Source: an uncultured Spirochaetota bacterium (lineage in GTDB: Bacteria > Spirochaetota > Spirochaetia > SZUA-6 > Fen-1364). Taken from it: a stretch of 64,000 nucleotides of DNA. Position 1 is the first letter of the stretch; each line of letters begins with the position of its first letter. Shown piece by piece: positions 1 to 9,143 of this stretch. The stretch spans positions 576,001-640,000 of the forward strand of contig CAWAHW010000001.1 of the NCBI GenBank assembly GCA_963781885.1, given 5' to 3'. The notes under the pieces were generated by a model. That model did no database searches. It saw nothing but the letters and a program-made list of their open reading frames with translations, and was not told where the DNA came from. Made by a program: the position numbers and the translations under genes.

Positions 1-2351
1 CCAATGCGCTTTCCGGCGGTCGCGAGGGCGACGATCATCCGCGCGCCCGTGTACGTCTTTCCCGTCCCGGGCGGCCCCTGCACCGGCAGCACCCCGTTGT
101 CCAGGTCCCGGGCAAGGCGAATGGCCGCATCCACCAGGTTCTCCCCCGACCGCCGGAGCGCGCCCTGCGCGGGTGTGCGAAGCCGCGGCTTCCTCTTCAG
201 GAGCAGGTCCCGGGCGGCGCGATAAGGCCCGTTGCCGTTCACGCCGCGGCGCGCGCTGGACACGCCGAGCTCCAGCAGCGCCTTGTCCACGGGCCGCGGC
301 GGCACCCTTTCGTTCACCATGACGGCAAAGGGATGCCGGTCCGCGGTTGACGGCCTCCGTTCGATGTCGATCGTGCCGTCTGCAAGATCCAGCGCGCTCA
401 CCTTCCCGATGACGCCGCCGCCGATCTCGTAAAGCTCGTCTCCGTCGCCGAAGGCAGCCTCCTGCGCGGGAAAGGCGTAGCGGTGCACGGGTGATCGCGC
501 GCTGCCGCCGACGGCCTGGAGAAAGCGCAGACCGGAAATGGCCTTTCGTTCCTCCATGAGCTCCTCGTGATCGAGGCCGTGGATCCGGAAGAACTCCCAC
601 CACGCGCACTTGTCCTCGCGGCGGAAATATTCGAGCTGGTGCGCAAGGAGCCATTGCCCCCGATGCTCCTCTCCCCATTCTTCGCGATCGTCGGGAAGCG
701 CGCCGGTCAATTCCTCAAAAGCGGCCTTCACCTCCCCGGCCTGCTCCGCCACCGCCTCGCTTGCCTCACCGGTCTTCTCTTCAGGCCGGGGCACGCGCCG
801 TCCTTTTGCCGCCCATTCCTCCCGGCGCTCCTCCAGCCATGCCTGGAGCGCGGCGGTTGCCCGGCAGTCATCGCAGTTGTAGGACTCCACCGCGTCGCGG
901 TCGGAGGCGAAAATCTCCAGGTCCGCCGTGCCGGGTGCAAGCTCCAGCACGCGCGCGATCCTGCGGAGCGCCTGGCCTGCCGCGCGAAGCTCCAGGGACC
1001 GGTGAAATGCAAATGCCGGCTCGAGCGACTTCAGCGAATAGCTTTCCACGCTGACCCGCATGCCTTGCCGCGTCACGGCGAGCAGGTCCACGAACTTTTC
1101 CGCGCGCAGCAGACGGTCCAGCTCCTCCTCCCGTATGCCGTGCCGGCCGATCATCCTTTTCACCGCGCCGGGCTCGTACGGCGAGAAGTGGTAGATGTGC
1201 ATGCCGGGGTGCCCCCGCCATCTGTCCATGACAAAATCCATGATCTCTTCGAGGGCCTTTTTTTCTTCCGCCATGGTGAAGGCCCAGAGCGGCCGATAGG
1301 ACAGGACGCCGTCCGGTGCGACGAATGCCACGCCGAGCAGGTATTCCAGGCCTGTCTCCAGGGCAAAGGGATCCGACTCGATATCGAACCAGATGTCACC
1401 CGGATCCGGCGCGGGCAGGAGCGCCAGCCCCTTGCCAGGCTCGATCGGCAGGAGCTCGTGGAGGATGCGGCCCGCTTCCCGTCCGGCAAGCTGGATGCGC
1501 GCCTGGCCGTGCACGCGCGCGAATGCCTCATCGCTTCCCCGCGCCGGCTTGCGGCGAAACGGCGCCGGCTCCCGCGCGAGCTTCTCCAGCGTGCCGATGC
1601 CTTGCTGCTCGAGCTCGGCAATATGGAGCGGACGGATGCCGGCAACGAGGCAGAGGTGATCGTCGGCGTGCCGGCGCGCATCGCACTCCTTCCACCACCG
1701 GCAGACGTCGCAATGCGCCACGGGGTAGGGGTAGGTGGCTGCCGGTGCGGCGGCCACGGTCTGCTCCAGTCTTCGCTTGACCAGGCGGCAGTACGCGCTG
1801 TAGTCGCTGAAGCGAAAGCTTTCCCGGACAAAATCCTGGCCCGGCTTTATCACGTGCATGTGCTCGGGAGGCAGCCCCTGCAGGTATCCCACAAGCTCCG
1901 AGTAGAGGCAGAGCTGCAGCACCGTACCCGCGCGTGTCTCCTGCGCCAGCTTTGTATCGGCAACCTCGTAGGACCAGTCACCCAGGTTGCTCGGCCTTGG
2001 CACGCGCAGCAGGAGGTCCGCGCGGCCGACCCATCGTCCCTCGCCAAGCTGGGCCTGCACGATGGCTCCAGCCCCCGCGGCCATGGCGTTCCGGGTCCTT
2101 TCAAGCGACGTTGCGACGGCGTCCGCGGGGAGCTCCACGACCTCGACGCCGCTTTTTTTCAGATGCTCCACGTACGCCCGTTCATGGATGGCGCCCCGTT
2201 GCCGCAAGAGCTCCACGCTTGGATCCATCCACGACGGGGCCGCGATGCGCCGCTCTGCAACGGCGCGGTCGAGCTGCGTGAGGTGACGGCAGGCCAGATG
2301 GTTGGCGATGTCGGTCGCGGACAGAAAGAGCTCTCCGCCCTCCACGTGCAT
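1..2351 (-). CDS. TM0106-family RecB/Cas4-like nuclease + RNase H-like domain + SF1 helicase; 3' end runs off the window
   Basis: Not in the ORF track because it has no stop in the window; motif regions translated by hand. ATG at 2351 after AAGGAG gives MHVEGGELFLSATDIANHLACRHL; PD-(D/E)xK-like GRADLL...YEVADTKL...QLCLY; Cys motif PHCDVCRWWKEC; DIWFDIESDP; Walker A QGPPGTGKT at ~54-80 in the same frame. Confidence 0.9.
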   Translation of the reverse strand, partial: MHVEGGELFLSATDIANHLACRHLTQLDRAVAERRIAAPSWMDPSVELLRQRGAIHERAYVEHLKKSGVEVVELPADAVATSLERTRNAMAAGAGAIVQAQLGEGRWVGRADLLLRVPRPSNLGDWSYEVADTKLAQETRAGTVLQLCLYSELVGYLQGLPPEHMHVIKPGQDFVRESFRFSDYSAYCRLVKRRLEQTVAAAPAATYPYPVAHCDVCRWWKECDARRHADDHLCLVAGIRPLHIAELEQQGIGTLEKLAREPAPFRRKPARGSDEAFARVHGQARIQLAGREAGRILHELLPIEPGKGLALLPAPDPGDIWFDIESDPFALETGLEYLLGVAFVAPDGVLSYRPLWAFTMAEEKKALEEIMDFVMDRWRGHPGMHIYHFSPYEPGAVKRMIGRHGIREEELDRLLRAEKFVDLLAVTRQGMRVSVESYSLKSLEPAFAFHRSLELRAAGQALRRIARVLELAPGTADLEIFASDRDAVESYNCDDCRATAALQAWLEERREEWAAKGRRVPRPEEKTGEASEAVAEQAGEVKAAFEELTGALPDDREEWGEEHRGQWLLAHQLEYFRREDKCAWWEFFRIHGLDHEELMEERKAISGLRFLQAVGGSARSPVHRYAFPAQEAAFGDGDELYEIGGGVIGKVSALDLADGTIDIERRPSTADRHPFAVMVNERVPPRPVDKALLELGVSSARRGVNGNGPYRAARDLLLKRKPRLRTPAQGALRRSGENLVDAAIRLARDLDNGVLPVQGPPGTGKTYTGARMIVALATAGKRI

Positions 2352-2364
2352 GGCCTGTCTCCTT

Positions 2365-4398
2365 CTACGACTGCAGGAGCTTTTCCAGCGCCTTGATGCC
2401 CCGACCGAGGTCCTGGGGGTTTGCCTGCGCGGTGCGGAAGAGGTCTCCCGTCCGCTCGATGCGCGCGGCGGCGTTTGCAAGCGTGAAATCCGCGACGTGC
2501 AGCTCCCCTTCCAGCTCGTCCCATGCCAGCGGCATGGAAACCGAGGCAGCCTCAACGGGCCGCACGACGTAAGGCGGCACCACGGTCTGTTCGCGCCGGT
2601 TCTGCAGGAAATCGATATAGACGCGGCCGGCCCGGCGGCCCACGACGCGCTCCACCGTGGCGATGTCCCCGTGATCGCGCACGACCATGCGGGCAATCGT
2701 CTCGCAGAACATCCTGCTCTGATCGTAGGTGAAGCCGGGCGTGAGCGGGATGCACACGTGCAGCCCCGACGAGCCCGAGGTCTTCAGGTATGGCTCGATG
2801 CCGATGCCGCGGAGCAGCTTGCCGACCACCCGCGCAATCTTCACGACGTCCGTGAAAGGCGCCTCCTTGGGATCGAGGTCCAGGATGGCCCAGTCCGGCG
2901 ATTCGAGGCTGTCCGTGCGTGACAGCCAGGGGTGCAGGTCGATGCTGCCCGCGTTGACGAGCGTGAGGAGGGCCTTGCGGTCGTTGCAGACCGCGTACAG
3001 GGTCGGCTCCTCACCATCCCGCGCAACGTCCACCGTTTCGCACTGGTCCAGCAGCTCCGGCGGGAGCTGCTTCTGATAAAAGGATTTACCGCGAATCCCG
3101 TCCGGCCACCGGTAGAGGTGCAGCGGGCGATCCTCCAGGTACGGCAGCAGCCAGTTCGCGACCCGGTCGTAGTAGCGCGCGAGATCCCCTTTCGTGTAGC
3201 CCTGTTCCGGCCAGTAGACCTTGCGCGGATGCGTGATGGCGACGCCCGTCGGCGCGTCCTTTTTCTGGGACCGCTTCTTTGCCGGCGTCTTTGGCTTCAT
3301 GCCCGGCACCACGCGCACCCTCTGCCAATCCTCCGATACTCCAGAACGATAGGGACTGTCCGCGCGCTTGGCGATGATGCCCGGCAGACCCGATTGCGCC
3401 GCGGCGTCCGCAAAAGCCAGGCCGTGCTCTGCCACCGGGTCGACCGTCAGGACGCGGCCGGATTCCGGCACGAGGGACCGGAGCACCGCCTTGCGCTCGC
3501 GTAGGGGCAGGCGCGTGAGGTCCCACTCTTCTGCATAGAGGATGTCGAAAAGGTAGAGCACCGCGTGCGCGCCACCGGATCGCAGCTCTTCTTCCAGCGC
3601 CGCCTCGGTGGGAACGCCGCGCGCGTCCATTGCCACGATGACCCCGTCCAGGAGCGCCGTGCCGGCGCGCACCGCGGCCAGCCCTGCGGCAAGCGCAGGC
3701 AGCCGGGGCGCAAGATCTTCCTTCTTCGTGCGGAGGCTGACCGTGGAGTCCTGGACGCGCGCCAGGACGCGCCGGCCGGCAAAGAGAGGCTCGAAGAGCC
3801 ACGCGGGGTCGTCAAACGCCCCCGCGCGGTCCGCCGGCTCCATGCGCGCGCGGCCGCGGGGCGCGGCCTTCTGCCGCGCAAGGCTCATGTCCGCGGCGCC
3901 GAAGAGGTCGCTGCCGGATCCGGCGTAGCGGTCGCGCGCCTTGAAGAGCAGCCAGTTCCTGCCGTCGCCGGTCTTCGTGCGCACCATGTGCCATTCCCCG
4001 CGCAGGTGCCGGCCCTTCAGCTCAAGCTTCAGCTCGCCCTTTTCCAGCGCCGCGGCGATCGTCGGTGATTTGCGCACCTCGTACACCCCGGCGTCCCAGA
4101 TGCGCATCGTGCCGGCGCCGTACTGGCCCTTGGGGATGGGACCTTCGAAGTCCCGGTACAGAAGCGGGTGGTCCTCCGTGCGCACGGCGAGCCTCTTGTC
4201 CCCGGGCGCATAGGAGAAGCCCTTCGGCACGGCCCAGCAGGCAAGTACGCCATTTGCCTGGATGCGCAGGTCATAGTGCAGGTTGCGCGCCTCGTGGCGA
4301 TGGACGACGAATGCGTTTCCTTTGGCGCCGCGTTTCCCCGGCCGCGGCTCGGGGGTCTTCCTGAAGTCGCGCTTGCCGCGATAATCATCCATCGCCAT
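2365..4398 (-). CDS. ligD: LigD-like protein: 3'-phosphoesterase + degenerate ligase NTase domain + primase-polymerase
   Basis: PE motifs YRGKRDFRKTPEP, HRHEARNLHYDLR, EDHPLLY. Pol motifs TKGDLARYY, RWPDGI, LDLDP, KTSGSSGLHV, YIDFLQN. The ligase motifs are degenerate (see findings). Confidence 0.9.
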   Translation of the reverse strand: MAMDDYRGKRDFRKTPEPRPGKRGAKGNAFVVHRHEARNLHYDLRIQANGVLACWAVPKGFSYAPGDKRLAVRTEDHPLLYRDFEGPIPKGQYGAGTMRIWDAGVYEVRKSPTIAAALEKGELKLELKGRHLRGEWHMVRTKTGDGRNWLLFKARDRYAGSGSDLFGAADMSLARQKAAPRGRARMEPADRAGAFDDPAWLFEPLFAGRRVLARVQDSTVSLRTKKEDLAPRLPALAAGLAAVRAGTALLDGVIVAMDARGVPTEAALEEELRSGGAHAVLYLFDILYAEEWDLTRLPLRERKAVLRSLVPESGRVLTVDPVAEHGLAFADAAAQSGLPGIIAKRADSPYRSGVSEDWQRVRVVPGMKPKTPAKKRSQKKDAPTGVAITHPRKVYWPEQGYTKGDLARYYDRVANWLLPYLEDRPLHLYRWPDGIRGKSFYQKQLPPELLDQCETVDVARDGEEPTLYAVCNDRKALLTLVNAGSIDLHPWLSRTDSLESPDWAILDLDPKEAPFTDVVKIARVVGKLLRGIGIEPYLKTSGSSGLHVCIPLTPGFTYDQSRMFCETIARMVVRDHGDIATVERVVGRRAGRVYIDFLQNRREQTVVPPYVVRPVEAASVSMPLAWDELEGELHVADFTLANAAARIERTGDLFRTAQANPQDLGRGIKALEKLLQS

Positions 4399-4427
4399 AT
4401 TCGTCCAATGTAACAGGAAGGCGGCGT

Positions 4428-5057
4428 GTGAGCGACATACCTGTTCTTGTCGATGAGCCGCGCGCGGGAAAGACGATCGCCACGATCGTGCTTGCGCATG
4501 GGGCAGGGGCGGCCATGGATTCGGACTTCATGGAGGACGTCGCCCACGCCCTTGCCGCGGAGTCGCTGCGGGTCGTCCGCTTCGAGTTCCCCTACATGCG
4601 GGAGAAGCGGGAAACGGGGAGACGGGGGCCGCCGGATCCCACGGCCGTGCTGGAGGAGACCTGGCTTTCCGTGATCGCGCAGCTCGGGACGCAGACGAAG
4701 CTCGTGATCGGCGGCAAATCAATGGGGGGCAGGATCGCCAGCATGATCGCGGACACGGCGGCGGTGCATGGCCTTGTCTGCATGGGTTATCCGTTCCACC
4801 CCACCGGCCGGCCTACAAGCCTGCGCGTCTCCCATTTGAAGGACCTGAAGACGCCCACACTGATCCTGCAGGGCGAGCGCGACACACTCGGGAGCCGCGA
4901 CGAGATTGCCGGCTACGTCTTGTCGTCGAGAATACGCCTGTCCTTTCTTCCCGACGGCGACCATTCCTTCAAGCCTCGAAAGAGCTCGGGTCGTACTTAT
5001 GAGCAGAATCTTGCGGAGGCTGTAAGAGAGACCGTGGCTTTTTGCAGAAATCTGTAG
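4428..5057 (+). CDS. alpha/beta-fold hydrolase (KANL3/Tex30-like)
   Basis: LAHGAGAAMDS, nucleophile elbow GGKSMGGR, QGERD, DGDHSF. Confidence 0.85.
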   Translation: MSDIPVLVDEPRAGKTIATIVLAHGAGAAMDSDFMEDVAHALAAESLRVVRFEFPYMREKRETGRRGPPDPTAVLEETWLSVIAQLGTQTKLVIGGKSMGGRIASMIADTAAVHGLVCMGYPFHPTGRPTSLRVSHLKDLKTPTLILQGERDTLGSRDEIAGYVLSSRIRLSFLPDGDHSFKPRKSSGRTYEQNLAEAVRETVAFCRNL

Positions 5058-5077
5058 CTTTGGTGTTGATATTGCAT

Positions 5078-5105
5078 GTTAACGGTGTTACAGTAACGAT
5101 GTTAC
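5078..5105. promoter_or_regulatory. tandem palindromic operators TAAC-N3-GTTA (probable TetR autoregulation)
   Basis: TAACGGTGTTA at 5080-5090 and GTAACGATGTTAC at 5093-5105; the same motif recurs at 5716-5742. Confidence 0.65.
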
Positions 5106-5116
5106 GGAAGCTGAGA

Positions 5117-5695
5117 ATGACTAGAGCAGCCAATATCGACCTTGCGGCAAGAATCCTCGCAGAGGCAGAGAAAGTCGTCGTGGCATCCGGCCACGAAGGC
5201 ATAAACATGAGGCGGCTTGCCAGCCAAGTCGGCGTGAGCGCAACATCGATCTACCGCTACTATGAGAGCAAGGAAGCGATACTCAGGAAACTGAGGATAA
5301 AGGCCGCGGAAAAGCTCAACGACAGGATAAGGTCGATAGATTCCCGCCTCCCTGCGCACGAGTTCCTTCACGAGCTGGGCCGGCAGTATGTCGCCTATGC
5401 GCAGGAAAATCCGCAGATGTACCGCATGCTCTTCGAAGCGCCATTTGACGAGCGCGGCGAGGCGGAGGATCACCCGGTGCTCTATTACACCTACCTCGCG
5501 GCGCGTGGCGCGCTTGAAAAGGCATCGAAAGAGAGCTTGAAAGAGGTTGATCCGGGACTCCAAGCCATGATGGGCTGGATCTTGCTGCATGGCTTTTGCT
5601 CGCTCATGATGTCGGGAATGCTTCCCCCTGCGGAGGGCATGAGCCGGGAAAAGCTGCAGGAAGTCTTCATGCGTTTTTATTCGGAGGGCAAGTGA
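5117..5695 (+). CDS. TetR/AcrR family regulator (WHG-type C-terminus)
   Basis: HTH INMRRLASQVGVSATSIYRYY; C-terminal GWILLHGF. Start set at ATG 5117, downstream of the operators. Confidence 0.88.
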   Translation: MTRAANIDLAARILAEAEKVVVASGHEGINMRRLASQVGVSATSIYRYYESKEAILRKLRIKAAEKLNDRIRSIDSRLPAHEFLHELGRQYVAYAQENPQMYRMLFEAPFDERGEAEDHPVLYYTYLAARGALEKASKESLKEVDPGLQAMMGWILLHGFCSLMMSGMLPPAEGMSREKLQEVFMRFYSEGK

Positions 5696-5715
5696 GGCTT
5701 TTTTTTCGGCCTGAA

Positions 5716-5742
5716 GTTAACATTGTTAACATAACATCGTTC
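5716..5742. promoter_or_regulatory. tandem TetR-type operators upstream of the flavodoxin-like gene
   Basis: GTTAACATTGTTAAC at 5716-5730 and TAACATCGTTC at 5732-5742, followed by RBS AAGGAGG. Confidence 0.65.
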
Positions 5743-5760
5743 TAATACAAGGAGGAGAGC

Positions 5761-7144
5761 ATGAAGATCGTCGTTTTGAATGGAAGCCCAAAGGGGGAGG
5801 TGAGCGTGACACGGCAATACGTCCTTTTCCTGGAAAAGGCCTTTCCCCAGCACCAATTTGTCGTGGTGCATGCTGCCCAGCAGTCCAGGAAAATGGAGAA
5901 GGATCCCGCGGCCTTCGACGCTGTCATCGACGAGGTGAGGTCGGCGGACGGCGTGGTCTGGGCCTTCCCGCTGTACATCCTGCTGGTCTGCTCTCAGTAC
6001 AAGAGGTTCATCGAGCTGGTGGCCGAGCGTGGCGTGGGCTCCGCATTCAGGGGCAAGTACGCCGTGACCCTGTCCACCTCCATCAACTACCACGACTGGA
6101 GCGCCCATGCGTACATGCGATCCGTCTGCGAAGACTTCGGCATGCGGTATGCCGGGTTCTATTCGGCGAACATGGACGACATCACGCGCCCGTCGGAGCG
6201 GCGCCGCCTCGCCGCTTTCGGGGAAGACTTCTTCGCCGCGATTGCCGGCGGCGTGAGCTTCCCGCGTCTCACTGCCGTGCTGCCCGGCGGAGGCGGCTCC
6301 CGCATATCGGCCGACGGCGCCGCAGCTTCACGTCGACGTCCACGGCAGGAAGGTCGTCATCCTCACCGACGCCGTCGACGGGCAGGACAACCTGGCCGGC
6401 ATGGTGGCGCGCATGGCAGCGGCGTACGGGGACAGTGCGCGCGTGGTGAATCTGCACGACCTGGACATCAAGGGCGGCTGCCAGGGCTGCCTGCGCTGCG
6501 GCGCGGCGTACGTGTGCGCCTACACAGGCAAGGACGGTTTCATCGAATTCTATAATTCGGTCCTCGTCCCTGCTGATGTCATCATCTTTGCCGGCGCGCT
6601 GGTCTGCCGCCAGCTCTCCTGGAAGTGGAGGGAGTTCTTCGACAGGAGCTTCTTCAACACGCATACCCCGTCCCTTGTCGGCAAGCAGATCGCCTTCCTC
6701 GTCGCGGGGCCTCTCCGCTTCCTGCCCGAGCTTCGCGAGACCTACGAGTCCTGGGTCGAGCTTCAGCAGTCGAATCTCGTTGCCTTCGTCTCCGACGAGG
6801 AGCCCGGCGGCCTGGATGCAACGCTCGACCAGCTTGCTGCACGGACGATCAGGCTTGCCGAGGCGGCGTACGTGCGGCCGCGCACCTTCCTCGGCATCGG
6901 GGGCATGAAGATATTCCGCGACGATATCTGGTCGCAGCTCAAGGTCGTCTTCCGCGCCGACCATAAGGCGTACAAGGCGCGCGGCTTCTACGATTTCCCC
7001 CAGAGGAAGGTCGGCAAAAGGGTCGTGGTGGCGATCGCCCATTTTGTCACGGGGCTGCCCGGCATCAGGAGCCAGTTCCCTTCCATGATCAGGACGCAGA
7101 TGATCGTGCCGGCACGGAAGGCCGCTCTTCGCGGCACGAGCTGA
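5761..7144 (+). CDS. tandem-domain NAD(P)H-dependent FMN reductase / iron-sulfur flavoprotein; frameshift at ~6285
   Basis: N-domain MKIVVLNGSPKG...AFPLY. The second frame continues ...HGRKVVILTD...GGCQGCLRCG...C. Joins ORFs 5761..6555 and 6401..7144. Confidence 0.8.
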
Positions 7145-7155
7145 GACCGGAAGCC

Positions 7156-7183
7156 CAAGGGCCGTCTGCGGCGACGGCCCTTG
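7156..7183. terminator. GC-rich hairpin after the flavoprotein gene
   Basis: CAAGGGCCGTC-tgcggc-GACGGCCCTTG, no clear U-tract. Confidence 0.45.
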
Positions 7184-7217
7184 CCCGGGGGCGGAAAATC
7201 CGGGACATTTGACCATC

Positions 7218-8519
7218 ATGCGCGTTTCGCTGCGCTACGGAACAACCGGGCTTTCACTCGACCTGCCCGAATCCTGGGACGTCACGCTCGTCGAACGCAG
7301 GCCCATGCCCGCCGTTGCCGATCCCGGCGGCTGCGTCCGCGCCGCCCTTTCATCCCCCGGCGGACTCGCCCGCGAGGCCCGGGGAGCGAGAAGCGCCTGC
7401 ATCATGATCTGCGACATCACCCGCCCGGTTCCCAACGGCCTCATCCTGCGGCCGCTCGTCGAGGCATTGCTCGACGCGGGGCTCGCGCCGACGGGCATCA
7501 CCGTGCTCGTGGCAACGGGCCTGCATCGGCCGAACGAAGGTGAGGAGCTTGCAGCCCTCATTGCCGACCCGTGGGTGGCCGCTCACGCGACGATTGCCAA
7601 CCATTTCGCCCGGCGCGACGACGAGCACGTGCTGCTGGGCACCACGAGCCAGGGCGTGCCGGTCCGCATCGACCGGCGGGTCGTCAACGCCGATGTACGC
7701 ATCGCGGTGGGCCTCGTGGAGCCGCACTTCATGGCCGGCTGGTCGGGCGGCAGGAAGCTCGTGCTCCCCGGCTGCGCGCACGCGGACAGCATCATGGCTT
7801 TCCATGCCACGCGCATGCTGGAGCACCCCCGCGCGGATTCCTGCAGCCTTGAAGGCAACCCCCTGCACGAGGCGCAGACCGAGGCGCTCCGCATGCTGGG
7901 AAGAACTCTTGCGATGAGCGTCGTGATCAACGACGCGCGCGCGCTTTCCTTCGCGAGCTTCGGCGGCGTCGAGGAGAGCCTTGCAGCGGCAGTGGCCTTC
8001 GCGGATCCCTACGTGCGCGTCGCCGTGCCGGAAGCCTTTCCCGTGGTGCTCTCCACGGCCGCGGGTTTTCCCCTGGACGCGACCTACTACCAGGCCGTGA
8101 AGGGGATATGCGCCGGCGCATCGATCCTTGCCCCCGGGGGGCATCTGTTCGTCGCGGCGCGCTGCGCGGAAGGGTTCGGCTCCCGGGATTTCCGCGCGTC
8201 ACAGGAGCGGCTCTGCAGGGTCGGAAAGGACGCATTCCGCGCGGAGGCGCGAAGCAGGGCGCGCGCCGCCATCGACGAGTGGGAGACGGTGATGCTCCTG
8301 AGGGCCCTGGATGTCGGCACCGTGCACCTTTTCGCGGAGTCGCTGTCTCCCGAGGACGCGGCGATCACCGCCGCCGTGCCGGTCCGCGACCTTCCCGCGG
8401 ACCTGCGCTCCGCCGTGGAAACCGCACCAGGGCGAAGGCTCGCCGTGATCCCGGAAGGGCCCTACGCGTCTCCGTACGTCCCCGTCCCCATGCCGTCAAA
8501 AGGAAGGCAACGGCCATGA
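7218..8519 (+). CDS. larA: LarA-superfamily nickel-pincer racemase/epimerase
   Basis: ICDITRPVPN, VATGLHRP, NHFA, VEPHFMAGWSGGRK, GFPLDATYYQAVKG, AVIPEGPY. Confidence 0.8.
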   Translation: MRVSLRYGTTGLSLDLPESWDVTLVERRPMPAVADPGGCVRAALSSPGGLAREARGARSACIMICDITRPVPNGLILRPLVEALLDAGLAPTGITVLVATGLHRPNEGEELAALIADPWVAAHATIANHFARRDDEHVLLGTTSQGVPVRIDRRVVNADVRIAVGLVEPHFMAGWSGGRKLVLPGCAHADSIMAFHATRMLEHPRADSCSLEGNPLHEAQTEALRMLGRTLAMSVVINDARALSFASFGGVEESLAAAVAFADPYVRVAVPEAFPVVLSTAAGFPLDATYYQAVKGICAGASILAPGGHLFVAARCAEGFGSRDFRASQERLCRVGKDAFRAEARSRARAAIDEWETVMLLRALDVGTVHLFAESLSPEDAAITAAVPVRDLPADLRSAVETAPGRRLAVIPEGPYASPYVPVPMPSKGRQRP

Positions 8520-9082
8520 AGAATACGGTGCTCGTGGCCCTCCTGCGCGGCATCAATGTCGGAAACGCCAAGCGCGTGGCGATGGCGGACCTGCGCGCGC
8601 TGGTGGAGGGGCTGGGTTTTCGCGACGCGCGCACGCTCCTCAACAGCGGCAACGCGGTCTTCTCCGCTCCGGGCAAGAGCGCGCCTGCCCGCGCGGCGTC
8701 ATCGATCCAACGCGGTTTGGGGGAGAAACTCGGCGTCGCCGCGCGCGTGATCGTCGTGAGCGCGGAGGAGCTTTCCCGGGTCATCGCGGCGAATCCGTTT
8801 ACCGGAATCGCCGACAATCCCTCCCGGCTTCTCGTCGCGATACTGGCGGATGAGGCGGAGGGTGCAAAGCTTTCCGCCATCGCCGCGGCGGACTGGGGCA
8901 AGGAGCGTCTTGCTTTCGCGGCAGCGCGCGCCGTCTACTTGTGGATACCCGACGGCGTGATCCAAAGCAGGCTGTACGCCGCCGTGGCCAGGGCGCTGAA
9001 AGACGGCGTGACGGCGCGCAACTGGGCGACGATGCTGAAGCTGCAGGACATGACGCGGGGGATGGAACCTCGTCACCGTTGA
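8516..9082 (+). CDS. DUF1697 family protein
   Basis: VALLRGINVG...MADLR...RTLLNSGN...TARNWAT; ATGA overlap with the larA stop. Confidence 0.85.
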   Translation: MKNTVLVALLRGINVGNAKRVAMADLRALVEGLGFRDARTLLNSGNAVFSAPGKSAPARAASSIQRGLGEKLGVAARVIVVSAEELSRVIAANPFTGIADNPSRLLVAILADEAEGAKLSAIAAADWGKERLAFAAARAVYLWIPDGVIQSRLYAAVARALKDGVTARNWATMLKLQDMTRGMEPRHR

Positions 9083-9143
9083 AAGCGCGCCGCGCCGCGT
9101 GTGGATGATCCGCATCAGGCCGCGCGCGCGACAATGTTCTCGG

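Noticed and set aside
1-2351. Cas4-like motifs as evidence of a CRISPR-Cas locus
   Set aside because: No repeat-spacer array or other cas genes seen; the architecture matches TM0106 nuclease-helicases.
567-2396. 609-aa plus-strand ORF
   Set aside because: Antisense shadow of the TM0106-family gene; no motifs, as expected in high-GC DNA.
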